Source: Octopus vulgaris
Lineage: Eukaryota
Length of the DNA: 64,000 nt
Direction: 5' to 3'
NCBI GenBank assembly: GCA_951406725.2
Contig: OX597814.1
Coordinates: 134,540,001 to 134,604,000 of the forward strand
Shown: positions 26,655 to 42,667 of the stretch, one piece after another
Position numbering within the stretch: position 1 is the stretch's first letter
Layout: each line of letters opens with the position of its first letter
Translations under genes and position numbers: made by a program
Notes under the pieces: generated by a model
What the model saw: only the letters and a program-made list of their open reading frames with translations
Databases searched by the model: none
Told to the model about the DNA's origin: nothing

Positions 26655-29600
26655 ATGTCCACTGCTAACACCAGCTCCTGCCCACGGCGTGGTCAGGTTG
26701 GAAGAGAGATCAAAAGAAAAATACCACGAAAACTATCACCACCACAACAACCCTCCTCTTCTCAGGCGCCGAATCCCCCCGTCCCCCCCACATCTCCTTC
26801 CCAGTTTTCAGAGTTGGCACTATCAATGTTGGTACATTGACAGGCAAGTCTAGTGAGATTGTAGAGATGCTAGAGAGAAGACAGGTTGATGTATGCTGCA
26901 TACAAGAGGTAAGATGGAGAGATGCTTCGGCTAGGGTCCTCACGGGCAAGGCACTTAGGTACAAACTCTACTGGCAAGGTAACGCGGAAGGTGTAGGGGG
27001 TGTAGGCATTCTCCTTGCGGAGGAATGGGTGGATAAGGTCATAGAGGTTGTCAGGGTTTGTGATAGAGTGCTTAAGCTCAGGTTGGTCCTACAGAGTGGC
27101 ACAGCTATGATTATCTCAGCCTATGCCCCACAAGCGGGACTACCAAATGATCAGAAGGACAACTTTTATGATACCCTTCTGCAGGCTACTTCAAAGACTA
27201 GTAACAAGGACCTCATCTTTGTAGGTGGAGATTTTAATGGGCATGTTGGGCGGGAATCGGGTATCTTCACTGGGGTACATGGTGGCTATGGTATTGGCAC
27301 CAGAAATGATGAGGGAACTAGACTGCTGGAATTCTGTGATGCATGTAACCTTTCAATCTGCAACACTAACTTCAAGAAGCCAGTCTGCCACCTTATAACT
27401 TATCAGTCAGGAGACTCCGCTAGCCAAATAGACTTCATCCTCACCAGACAACGGGATGCAGGGTTGCTCTTGAATACAAAGACCCTCCCGGGTGAAGAAT
27501 GTATCCCTCAGCATAGACTAATCATCAGTGACTTTAAGCTTGAGGCCAGAAGGACTCCAAGAAACAAACCAATCCAGAAAAGAAGGATTTGGAGGCTAAA
27601 GAACCCTTCGCATGGTCAGAAATTTAGGGACATACTCATCAAGAAATTTGATGAGAGGGAGGAGGAGCTTCAGACGTCAGACATAGAAGGTAGCTGGGAA
27701 TTCCTACGGGACAGCTTGCTGAGTGCCACAGACCAAGTCTGTGGATGGTGCAAAGTCCCTTCCAGACCTAGAATTACGTGGTGGTGGAATAGTGCAGTAG
27801 ATAAAGCCATCTGTGAAAAGAGACGGGCCTGGAAAGCCTGGAAGGATGGGGGCAGCAGGGAACTGTACCAGATAGCCAAAAGGGAGGCTGGGCGGCAGGT
27901 ATACATTGCCAAAGATGTAGCAGAAAAGAAGAAGTTTGCCAATGTCCAGCGTCGCGAGGATCAAAGAGCTGAAGTATTTCGGATTGCCAGACAGTGTGTC
28001 AGAGAAAATAGCGATGTTATAGGAGAGAAATGTGTCCGCATGGATGATGGGGCACTTGCTTTTACTACTAGTGAAAAGAAAGAGGCTTGGAGAAGCCATT
28101 ATGAAAGACTGCTGAATGAGGAGAATGAATGGGAGGAGGAGAGCCTGCCAAATGTTGACCCAGTAGAGGGACCAGCTACCCGAATAGACAGCTCCCTTGT
28201 AGATAAGGCAATTAAGGATATGAAACCAGGCAAAGCCCCTGGCCTATCAGGAATCACTGCTGAGATGCTTAAAACAGCTGGCTATGTGGGCTATGCCATA
28301 GTCACCCGCATTGTAAACCAGGTAGTTCACAATGGAGTCATACCCAATGACTGGTGCAGCAGCACCATAGTCAACTGCTACAAGGGTAAGGGTGATGCTC
28401 TAGATAGAAATAACTACAGAGGTATCAAACTGTTGGACCAGGTGATGAAGGTCTCAGAGAAGGTCATAACCAATCTCATTAGGGAGAGAATTTGTTTAGA
28501 TGAAATGCAGTTCGGTTTTGTACCAGGTAGAAGCACCACTGATGCTATATTCCTGGTCCGACAACTGCAGGAGAAGTACCTAGCTAAAGATAAACCCCTC
28601 TACATAGCTTTTGTAGACTTGGAGAAAGCCTTTGACAGGGTTCCCCGTTCCCTTATCTGGTGGTCGATGCGGAAACTGGAGATTGAAGAATGGCTAATAA
28701 GGGCTGTACAGGCTCTATACAGAGAGGCTGTCAGCAAGGTTAGGATTGGCAACGAATATAGTGAAGAATTCCGGGTAGAAGTAGGTGTGCACCAGGGCTC
28801 AGCCCTCAGTCCCCTTTTATTCATCATAGTCCTTCAGGCAATAACAGAGGAATTCAAAACGGGATGCCCCGGGGAGCTCCTCTATGCCGATGACCTAGCT
28901 CTCATAGCAGAATCACTACCGGAACTAGAAGAGAAATTTCGGGTGTGGAAGCAAGGGTTGGAATCAAAGGGCCTTAGAATAAATGTAGCAAAGACCAAAG
29001 TATTAGTAAGCAGCAAGAGGTACTCAGCACACACCCCTCGGGTAGGTGGCCCTGCTCAACCTGTAGGAAAGGTACAGGTAGAAACTCCATAAGATGCACC
29101 CAATGTAAGTTATGGACACATAAGAGGTGCAGCAACATTAAAGGGAAATTAACAGATAAGATAGCTTTCATGTGCGGCAGATGCACAGGGACAATAGACA
29201 CAACAGACACTCAGAAAACAGATTCCATCACACTCCAGGGAGAGAAACTAGAAGTAGTTGATAGTTTCCGCTACCTGGGTGACCAAGTTAGTAGCGGAGG
29301 TGGATGCACAGAGAGTATCACCACTAGAATACGAATAGCCTGGGCAAAGTTCAGAAAGCTCCTACCCCTACTGGCAACAAAAGGTCTCTCCCTCAGAGCA
29401 AAAGGTAGATTGTATGATGCATGTGTGCGAACTGCCATGCTTCACGGTAATGAAACATGGGCTGTGACTGCAGAAGACATGCGTAGACTTGAAAGAAATG
29501 AAGCTAGCATGATCCGCTGGATGTGTAGTGTCAGTGTGCACGCAAGACAGAGTGTAAGCATCCTGAGAGAAATGCTGGATATAAGAAGCATCAGATGTGG

Positions 29601-29955
29601 TGTGCAAGAGCGACGCTTGCGATGGTATGGTCATGTGCTGCGGATGGATGAAGAGAGATGTGTGAAGAAGTGCCACTCCCAAACAGTTGAAGGTATCAGG
29701 GGGAGAGGTAGACCCAGGAAGACATGGGATGAGGTAGTCAAGCATGACCTCAGAGCATTGGGCCTCACTGAGGCAATGGCGAAGGACCGAGATCTCTGGA
29801 GATATGCTGTGACTACAAAGACCCGGGCTGCTTTCTGCAGCAATTCCACATACCCCCTACCCATTCTAAGTACCCCGGATCCCCAAAGTACCCTGGATCC
29901 CCAAAGTACCCCGATCCCCAAAGTACCCCGGACCTCGTTGCCCCCGTGCCGCTGA
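26655..29955 (+). CDS. RTE EN-RT polyprotein, interrupted by two apparent frameshifts (~26780, ~29035)
   Basis: ORFs 26655..26840, 26837..29092 and 29170..29955 join by single-base shifts; the second shift restores TPSGRWPC, as in the sister copy (TPSRRWPC, ~32420). Confidence 0.85.
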
Positions 29956-30203
29956 CACGTTAAAAGCTCGAACCGATCGTGACCGATGCCGGACCCTCCG
30001 GCCCCTGTGCAGGTGGCACGTAAAAGCACCCAATCCACTCACGGAGTGGTTGGCGTTAGGAAGGGCATCCAGCCGTAGAAACTCTGCCAGATTCAGACTG
30101 GAGCCTGGAGCGGCCCCTGGCTTCCCAGACCCGGTCGAACCATCCAACCCGTGCTAGCGCGGAAAGCGGACGTTAAACGATGATGATGATGATGATGATG
30201 ATG

Positions 30204-32619
<2,416 letters not shown>

Positions 32620-32644
32620 ATATATATATATATATATATATATA

Positions 32645-33035
32645 CTAGCAGTATCGCCCGGCGTTGCTCGGGTTTGTTTCGACCCGCTGGAATTGGAATT
32701 TTTGAAAAGTAAAAATTTTGCATTATGTAGCTTGTTATTCTCTTCAAGTGAACATTTTTCTGGTTGAAATACACCGAAAAGTGGCGACACAGCAGTGAAA
32801 AAATCATAAAAAATAGGGATTTTCATAGAAAAAAGCACCTTTTTGATATAAATAATTTTTGGTGTTAACATGGTCCGATTTGAATTTTATCTTCTACGGA
32901 AGGAAGAGCAACCCTTCTTCTATCATACTCTCAATTTTGGTCAACTTGTGCCGCAGGGTCTTGGAGGAGATAGTGTTAGTTGAAGGTTACCAAACCTGGC
33001 GCACACAGACAACTTCAGCTTTATATAGAGAGAGA
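32645..33035 (-). mobile_element. Non-autonomous Helitron
   Basis: Minus strand starts A|TC at 33035 and ends with hairpin cccgagcaacgccggg, a short spacer and CTAG|T at 32645; no TSD. Confidence 0.82.
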
Positions 33036-33037
33036 TA

Positions 33038-33041
33038 ACAC

Positions 33042-33073
<32 letters not shown>

Positions 33074-33219
33074 GGATGTATCTATGTATATATGTACATC
33101 TGTCCACTTCTTGCCATATTTTTATCCTTCACTTCCTACACACACACACACATACTCACACACACACACACATGCAGACACACACACACACACATGCACA
33201 CACACACACACACACACAC
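33038..33219. repeat. (CA)n-rich microsatellites
   Basis: Seen directly. Confidence 0.95.
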
Positions 33220-34399
33220 CTTCTTAGGTTACAATTTATTTATTTCAACAATTGACAACTGAAGTACGCTCGCTAATTAACACTACCAAAACTTAGCGAC
33301 AGAAAGTAAATTAAAAACCAATTTTAATTTATAAAATATAGAATGGAATGTACTTCGAAAAATCATAGGTAAATTCCAATTGAAGAAATTGTGTGAGGAG
33401 TAAATTGTTATGTATTTATTTGTTTCTGTTTCCTGTGTATTTTTTTGAGTAGTGGTTGAAGGTACACTTGCAAAGAGAAAGGAGAAAGTGTGGTAATAGA
33501 AGGAGTGAAGCAGTTGAAATTAGAGAGGCAAATCGTTACACTTGTAAAGAGAAAGTAGGAGAAAGTGTGGTAATAGAAGGAGTGAAGCAGTTGAAATTAG
33601 AGAGGCAAATCGTAAAATATTTAGTTTTCTCGAATTTTTGCTTAATTGGGGGTCAAATTGAAAAAACTTTATATGCCATGACCCAATCAAATCTACTTTG
33701 AAAAATCATAGGTAAATTCCAATTGAAGAAATTCTATATTGTATAATTGTATCAAAAACAAACTATGTCAGAGGCAGAGAAAATCTGCCTTCTATCATAA
33801 GAGATTAAGAACAATCTTACTTAGAAATGGATGCGTGCGTTCCGTCATATAATAAATTAATAAATAAAATAAAACATATGCATATATACATACATATATG
33901 TACGTACCTACCTCTACATGTATATATACATGCATATATGGGTACAGGACACCAAAAAAACATCAAACACAATGAGAAACGAAAACATAAACACAAAACC
34001 AAGGAAATGGACATTTTTCTTAAACAATGAAAAAATAGAGTACAGGACATACAATACAAGGAAAATTCCCCTTCTTCAGTCGACACACACACACACGTGT
34101 ATATGTTACCATCTATGTATTATACTGAATGTATACAGACCATTATGGAAGCATGTGGCTTAGTGGTTATGAGTGTTGGATTTAGTTCTAGATAAATTTC
34201 ACTATAGGTAATATGAATATATTTTAGATCACATTTTATTCACACATTAAGATAAAAATGATGGTGAGTACATATAAATAGATAAAGAATATGAATACAT
34301 TTTAACTCACATTTTATTCACATATCTACATAAAAATGATGGCAAGTACATAAAAATAAAGTTATGAAAAAAGTTTGATATATTTGAAGAAAATTCCTA

Positions 34400-35310
34400 T
34401 ATGACAAATTACCTGCAATATTTCTTAAAAATTGCAGAGCGTTTTCAGATTGATAATTTTCACCTAGCATCTTTAGTCGTGCATCAATTATTTGATAGGA
34501 CTTTTTTTTTTGTTGTTGAGTCCCTACATCGAATGTGCACAATTTTCATCTGGGTTAAGCCTTCTTCAGTCTTAAGAGCATTGCAAAGTTTCCACAAATT
34601 TGTATATGTGAATGTTATTGATGACTGCAAAGCATTGTGAAACCCTTCTATCAAATTATTTGCTCTTGGCAAGTCATTTAAAATGCATTCACGTATATTC
34701 CAGGGTTGGATAGGAAACTGTGGGGTTTCTCTTCGTTAATGAAGACTACGTCCCCTTACAGTCCCCATGTATGAATTCTCAAAATAAGTGATAAACTCAG
34801 AAGAGATGCTTTCATCATCAGACAAATCTTCAAATCCATTGATAATGTCTTCAATTGGTATAAATGCTAAAGTGCAAAAACAATTTTAAGCTGAAAACTT
34901 TCATCCTTGTTGTATCTCCTACTTTCACCAAGTGCACATATCTTCGGCCAAATAGACTGTCTAAGATGAAAAGCACACCCAACTACTTCTAAATATGGAA
35001 ATGCTGAAACAAATGAATTTTGGAGAAATTTTTCAAAGTCCATGAGACAGGTTGCAGGTCGACAATTTGCCCTTAAATCCCACACAGCAGACAAAAAACC
35101 ATGATATGAGCCTTCTTTTTTGTCAGCAAGTAAGGCAAATAGCCTGGGCACACATGACCCTCCAATGATGAAATGTAATGTGAAAAGCTGACACCACAAA
35201 CTAGGGAACACCTTAAAAGTTCTATCACAGGCCCAATTTTCAGAGCTTTCTAGATCATCCAAGCCTTTTTCTGAGGAAAAAACTAAAATTCTGTCTGAGT
35301 TGTCAATGCC
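34400..35310 (-). pseudogene. MULE/Mutator-like transposase relic
   Basis: WACDRTFKVFPSLWCQLFTLH, LADKKEGSY, MDFEK, GCAFHLRQSIW and PRANNLIEGFHNAL correspond to MULE motifs DGTF, DFE, GCxFH and RTNNxxEGxH; stops and frameshifts present. Confidence 0.88.
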
Positions 35311-36049
35311 GCTGTTAATTAATTAATTAGTACTATTGACATAATTTTAAGAACTATTATGATTACTTCAAAACATGATGGTACTCTCACTCCCTCTTTG
35401 TCTAAAACTATTGGCATATCCCGTTATTGTAAGTTTTTTATTTTACTTTTTTATTACTTATCTACTATGTTACCTCCATAGAAAAATTAACCCACCAATT
35501 ACTATTTTAAGTTTAGTCATTTACTCAAGGTCCCGAAGTGACACATAAGCAAAATGGTATGATTTAAATATATTAAGCCTTTCATCTTCCTCTCAAGGCT
35601 CTTCTTCCTTTCTTTTCTTTTCTTTTTCTGTATGTATTTTTCTTCACTCTGATGAAGCTCCATGTTCCAGATCGGATGTATTACCAAATATGATGAATAT
35701 TATTTTCAGAATTTTCAATGGCAATACTAGAGATGCCCAAAGCTTCTATCATTCATCAAACATCAAGGTGCCAGAAAAACTCTTGTGTTTGTGAATGAGA
35801 AGTTCACTGTGGATGCTGAAGTGAATCACAGAAATTCTTCTGACATCTCCACTGTTTTTGAGACTAAGAAACCTGCCTCTGTGATAGATGCTTGATGGTG
35901 GGTATTTGTTTAGTTGTACATTTATGAACAGTTTCCAGGAGATTGATATGCCAAACAAGATAGGAGTTCCAGACTGGTGATGCAAACTCTAAGTGTGGAC
36001 ATACCATATACAGCTTTAAATAGATAGTTGATGAACAGCTTACTGAATG

Positions 36050-36606
36050 ATGGAAGTGTCATGGATCCACACGTCATTGAGTTTGGCTTGAAGATCGGCA
36101 CAAAGGAGTATCTGGAGTTCTTGGAGAACTCTCTGTTACCTTGGATGGAGCAGAAGTTTGGGCTTGACAATGTGATCCTTAGCCAGGGTTCTGCACCATG
36201 TCTTGGGTCAAAAGTAACACAGGCCTTCCTTGGTGAGAAGGTGCCATTTTTTGTGAGGGCCAACATCTCGCCCAGTAATAGCCCAGATCTCAACCTTCTC
36301 AATTACTTTTTATGTGGCATACTTCAAGCAAGGACCAATGCTTCACCATACTTGAGTGTCAACAGTTTGAAGACCTGTATTGTGCATGCAACATAGAATC
36401 AAAAAGGCTGAGGTTGCGGCAGCTGCAAAAAATTTCGTTCTCATATGGAGGCTGTAATTGTCCAAAAGGGTGGCCATATTGAGTGATAAATGCTTTGTTG
36501 CAATAAGTTTTACATTAAAATTATATCTGTGTACTACCATTATTTTAGGATTTATAAACTGTTTTATGCACCATAAAAACTGTCTCAATTTATCTGCAAG
36601 ACCCTG
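36050..36606 (+). mobile_element. Tc1/mariner (maT/DD37D-like) transposon 3' relic
   Basis: QGSAPC and SNSPDLNLLNYFLCGIL (QDxAPxH, SPDLNPLDY); ends ...gcaagaccctg|TA, a CAGGG-type TIR. Confidence 0.82.
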
Positions 36607-36609
36607 TAT

Positions 36610-37030
36610 ATGATCTGTTCTTTTTATCTCAAGGTACAACTTGATGTCATCTGCACATTTCAACACAAAGATTCTTTAAGTTGTCATCTAAGTCATTAAT
36701 ATATATACAACAAACAAGGATTGATCCCCGTGGTACACCAGATGTCATCTTATAGGGTGGAGAATGATGTCCTAGAACCATGGCTACCTCTTTTCGACTA
36801 AGAATAAAGGACTTTGACCAGTTATAGAGATCATCTTTCATACACATTGCAGAAAGTTTTACCATGAGTCATTTGTGTGTTATTGAAGGCTTTGGGAAAG
36901 TCAGGATAGATAACATCCACCCATGAACCACCATCAGTGATTTGGGTGGTGTCTTCAAGAAACTTGAAGAATTGTCTACAACAGCTGGAATTAGGGATAA
37001 ATCCAAAATGTGATGGTTGAACAAGACTGA
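36610..37030 (-). mobile_element. CR1/Jockey-like RT relic
   Basis: TSGVPRGSIL...YINDL and CADDIKLY in shifted frames. Confidence 0.75.
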
Positions 37031-37129
37031 GAGCTCCTGAAGTTTCAGAGTGTTACTCTGACACAGGACTTCATCAGATTGTGATGCAGCTAATAAGACT
37101 GACTGGATGGTAGTTGACAGGTGATGTGT

Positions 37130-38609
37130 GAGAAGTGTATAAGTCATGTACAGGGACACTATCAGTAAGGTAAGGATTAGCAATGAGTATAGTGAGGAAT
37201 TTAGTGTACAAGTAGGTCCTCACCCACCTCTTGTCCATCATAATCCTCCAGGCAATAACAGAGGAAGTTAAGTCGGGCTGCCCCTGGGAGCTCTTCTATG
37301 CTGATGATCTTGTTCTTACAGCTGAATCATTACCAGAAGTACAGAAAAAAATTTCAAGTCTGGAAACAAGGTCTGGAATCAAAGGGCCTTAGAGTTAATT
37401 TAGCAAAGGAAAGCAGACAAATCACAAATCTTTTTATGTAGATAGTCCTGCTTGATATGTAGAAAAGGTGTAGGTAGAAACTCCATGAGGTACAGATAGT
37501 GCAAGCCATGGGCACGAGGTGCAGCAATATCAGAAGGTTAACAGGAAAAATAGTCTTTGTGTGTGGCAGATGCACAGGTACAATAAACACTAGAAATATG
37601 CAGAAAATAAACTCCATTAAGTGCCTGGCAGAGATACCTCGAAGTAGTTGAAAGCTTTCATTTTCTAGGTGACCAAGTAAACAGTAGAGGTGGATGCTCT
37701 GAGAGTGTAGTTGTTAGAATAAGTATAGGCTGAGCAGAGTCCAGAGAGTTTCTACCTTTGTTGGCAACAAAAGGCTCTCCCTCAGAGTGAAAGGCAGATT
37801 GTATGATGCCTGTATGCAGACAGCCATACTACATGGCAGTGAAACATGAGCTGTGACTGCAGAGGCTTGAAAGAAATGAAGCTAGTATGCTTCACTGGTT
37901 GTGCAATGTTAGTGTTCATGTATGACTGAGTGTAAGAGTCTTGAGAGAAAAATTGGGCATAAGACACATCAGATGTGGTGTGCAAGAGAGTCAATTACAC
38001 TGGTGTGATCATGTGATGCATATGGATGAGGACAGCTGCATAAAGAAGTGCCAGCCTCTAACTGTGGAGGGAACCTGGGGAAGAGGTACACCCAGGAAGA
38101 TATAGGAATGGGATGAGGTGATGAAGCATGACCTTCAAATGTTGGGTCTCATGGAAGTGATGACAAGTGATTGTGACCTTCGTTGATTTGCTGTGCTTGA
38201 GAACACTCTTTAAGCTAAGTGAAATTGTAGTTGTGACATGTAACAGCATTTATACAGTGACACATAAAAGCATTAGTGCCTGTGATATGTAAGAGCACCT
38301 GTGAGGGTGACATGTAAAAGCACCTGTGCCAGTGACACGTAAAAGCACCTGTGCCAGTGACACGTAAAAGCAACCATGCCGGTGACGCATAGAAGCATAT
38401 GTGCTGGTGACGCATAGAAGCATATGTGCTGGTGACGCATAAAAGGCGCCCACGATAATCTTGGAGTGGTTGGCGTTAGGAAGGTCATCCAGTTATAGAA
38501 ACCAAGCCAAAAATCAGACTGGAACCTAGTGCATCTCTCCAGCTTACCAGTTCCAGTCAAAGCGTCTAACCCATGCCAGTATAGGAAACAGACGTTAGAT
38601 GATGATGAT
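37130..38609 (+). mobile_element. Old 5'-truncated RTE LINE
   Basis: Colinear with 28700-30205 (GCPWELFYADD); 3' UTR with tandem ~27-bp gtgccagtgacacgtaaaagcac units; (GAT)n tail. Confidence 0.92.
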
Positions 38610-38699
38610 TTTATTATAATATAAGAGAATAATATTTTCTTCAACTAGAATATCGAAGGGTCAATGTCAACTAAAGGTGTCAAAAATCTGTAACTAAAA

Positions 38700-39295
38700 T
38701 CAGGTCGGTTTGGAATACCTTTATGTATGGTTCCCGACTTTGTTTCTTCATAACTTTCAGGAAAAATGGATATTTTTCTTCATGAAATTTATTATACACC
38801 TTTCTGGCGGTGTAAGTTTCGATTATGACGGAAATTGTTATGAAGAATTTTACGGATGGCAGGGAGATGAGGAGTTGCAGAAAATTCACATGAGTCAAAT
38901 TTGTTTCCTCATAACTTGTAGAAAAATAGGTATTTTTAAATGAAATTTTTCATAAATATCCTTTAGATGGAGTCGAATACAAATGTATCGAAGTTTTATG
39001 AGAAAAAAAGAAAAGGGAAAAATTGGTAGGTGCACACACAGTCATACTGACATCGGTATAAAATGGAAATTGACATTTAAAAAAAATTATGTAATGTGTG
39101 TCTATGTTTGCGCGATGCGAACACCAATTATTTAAAATTTAAAAAAAAAAAAACATCAAATACCGATATAGTCACAATCTAGATCACTCGAAAGATATTT
39201 GTAGAAATTTTCATTAAAAAATAGGGATTTTCCCGAAAGTTATGAAGAAGAGTTCCATAGGGGGTGCGCATACATGTGTAGGTATGCCCTTGATT
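38700..39295. mobile_element. MITE/foldback-like relic with sub-repeats
   Basis: cataacttt..gaaaa..gg...tttt..atgaaattt motif in direct (38749, 38910) and inverted (~39205-39245) orientation; the same motif occurs at 42.8-43.8 kb. Confidence 0.55.
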
Positions 39296-42200
39296 TAATA
39301 GACATCTATAAACATAGACGTTTACCTAGAGAAAATAAAAACATGAAAATAGTTCCATGTAAATATCATCGATTTATATTGAAATTGATTCCCATGTAAC
39401 ATAGCATAGTAAACCTTATATCTTCTGTTCCTCTATAAATCAAATATTTAATTTCATTTTTCATTTCAATATAGAGCTAAGACATATGACACATTTTCGA
39501 GATTCTACATAATTTTCTCTAAAATGGCAGTCTCAGCCGTAACTGTTGCGTAGCACTGACCTTTGATGATTCGTTGCTAACATTTTAATTATAATCTGCA
39601 CTATGCGTAACTTAGCTTGAAGTAATTGTCTTTTTTCTGATTACACTATTTTGTTCATGTAGATTTATTATATTAGATATTGACGAAAAACTACTGCCAA
39701 CACAATCACAGGTTATATAATTTAGAGGACGTTATTTCGGAGTATATTCTATAACATTCATTAAAAAAATATTATGAGAATGAGTTTTTCGATTTTTATT
39801 TTCTGCATTTGAACTTTTAAATAGTAAAATATATAAACATTCAGCTGTCATCATAAAGTATTGATATTGTTAACTATATCTGATCTACTTTTTTAAATGA
39901 CTTACCATATATAACAGAAAACAATATATCACGAAAATATCGATTTTTTTTTATTCCGTCGATTTATTGTTTCACATTCCCGTTGGTAGTTATTAATAGT
40001 TTTTATAAATTATACAATAAAATTATACGTCGTTATAAAAAATGTAATGCTTTGATTTATTTAGTTGTGTTCTGAAATATACACCCACCTCATAATTGCC
40101 ATTTTGTATATCAAGTTACAAAGAGAACTAATTTTAATAATTAACTTTTGGATGATTGAAGAAAATACAATTTATTATTATAATCTTTGCACTGGCGGTA
40201 GAAAATTATCAGTTTTAATTGCTGTCATACCCAATTAATTATACACACATTTCTAGATTACGCAGAACACTGGTTTCAAGTAATTCTTTTTTTTTAAGAC
40301 GAATGTACCATAAAGACGTAGAAAATATTAAACCAGAAAGTAACTTAATAAATAAGAATTGGGTTAAAAGGAAATAACAACAAGTAACTTCAATTAATAA
40401 TTTTATTACAGAGGCACAAAGGATTTAAATTTAATGGGAAGGTAAGGGTGAATGACCTTTCGAAAATGTCAATTACCATCATCAATATGAATATATAAAG
40501 TTCTGATGACACAATCACATTTTTTTAATATTACGCTATAATAAACGAATTATATTGTACTAGTTCGACACCCGTGACTTTGCTGATGGTAGATAGTAAA
40601 ATTTTTAGTTAAAATTTTGTTGTGTCTAGGCAATATTAACACACGCACTGGTTTAATTCCACCACTCCCTTATTATTAAATTGCTTAAATATCTATCTAA
40701 CTAGTCGATTGTTTAATTTTAGTTTAAAGTTTGTCCGTTTAAAAGTTACACACATAATATATGTGTGTGTGCATATATATATATATACACACACACACAT
40801 TATTAACTTCAATAGACTTAAACGAAATAGCAACACCATGAATCGAAACTGGGATGGAAGCGATTGTTTGTGAAGTATAACTGCGTCACACTTGTAACCC
40901 ACGACCTTTAGAAATGTATTTCTATATGTCCTTATAAGGAAATAGCTGTTTGGCATAGTGTGACTATTTCTGTCATGCGCATTTTGCCCGACCGTACATC
41001 ACCCGTTTAAATATAATCTTCCGCCAGTAATATTTTATATTTACAAAGTATATTGTTTAATACTAAAATTCAAGAAATACTTATATTACATTTATATTAT
41101 ATTTTGAATTATTTTATACTATACTATATAATAGAATCTGAATAAAATTGTTTTTTTAAAAGGAACTATATTATGCGCATGATCTCAGCGATCAGTCTCG
41201 TATTAATATCAAATTCTTATTGTGACGCATAGTTTGGAGAAATCGCTCATACTGAATGGACGTTCGGGAAATTTTATCATAAATTTGGTTTGCTATTTTC
41301 ACTGTCTGGTAAGACAAAAATGTATTCTGATTTATTAACTATAATAAAATACTTCGTTCTTAAAATTAACTTTGTTTTTCTTGCTTTTTTAAAGCTTTAC
41401 TCACTTCTTCATAGTTTTTATTTCTTATCTAGCGGATTATGCTGATGTAGTGTGTGCCATCTTGAAAACGGAAGAAATTTGATTATGCTCTCAACTGAAA
41501 TGCAAACTACTTGTGGGTTTCTTTCTTCTGGGTAAGCGAACTCAAGTAGTTGACCCTATAAGTAACCACTTAATATTTAGTGTTGTTTACGTATAAGAAT
41601 TAAATAAAATTTTGAAGTTTCTGCTCTTAAGTTCTTAAAATAAAAATAACTTTCTTGGTTCCTTGCTGTTAAATTTTCTTTTCACAGTTCAACGCTGAAA
41701 TAGAAATTCTTGCCAGTTTGCTGTTTTGGTTTTGCCATCACGTAGGGAATAATATATACATATAAAGCAAAAAGGACGCTAAGGTTGGCTTTTCATTGCC
41801 TCATTATTACAATTAAAAAGAATTATGAGATAACGTTAAATTTATATTTGCAATAATTTATTCACTTGTAATAAAAAAACAAAAAAAAACAACCCCGCAT
41901 TACTTTTTAATGCTTAGGATTAGCAAAGTAGACCACCAAAATGATTATTTGCCACACTTTTATAACCTTTCTTTTCAGTTAATCACTGGACTAAATTCCT
42001 AATTATATACATCGTTTTGCCTGACCCAGATTCCTGCATACAGATATCTTACTGGATTTAAAAGGTTGGCTTTTCATTGCCTTTTCAGAAATTGACATTT
42101 AAAAACAAGATAATCCCCTTTGGTAAATTAATTTTTCTACAGTTGATTGTTGCTAACTTGGTTAAGTCTATCCCAGCTACACAACTTTTAGTGCTGGTTT

Positions 42201-42667
42201 CGTTATTTTGTCTAGTTGAGGCATGTAGAATCATGCTGTTTCGTTTGTCGGGAACAGCAGAGAAGTTGAATACGTTTAAAATTATAATAAATTCGTTTTT
42301 ATTTAAAATTGTTCAACTCTATTAATTGGTGTATACGTTTTTGTGTAAACATTGTTTCAGCTAGTAGCAATTTTCAAGTTGCTATCGCTTTGTAGTAAGA
42401 AGCCTTTGTGTTCCTAAAGGATCCTAAAGTCCGATATGGAGGTAATTATAAGATATTTTGTTTCTGAATCCCCATCAATAGCTTTTTTTTTTCATGGCAT
42501 TCATTCGTAAGTTTATTGTAAAATGTGAAGTAAATATAACCAGAAAAATTACCAAAAAAATTCGGTCCCCCTTTTTTTATTATTTGATCTTGAAAACAAG
42601 GCACTACTGTACATCGCGTGTATCATTTTACTAGAAACTTTCTTGATTCCATATCTGTGAGTTTAAA

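Noticed and set aside
32620-32871. N-terminal part of the 264-aa ORF 32077..32871
   Set aside because: Chance read-through from the Helitron and (TA)n into the truncated RTE frame.
40558-40595. Second Helitron end (actagttcgacacccgtgactttgc)
   Set aside because: Hairpin is degenerate and I could not find a matching 5' end.
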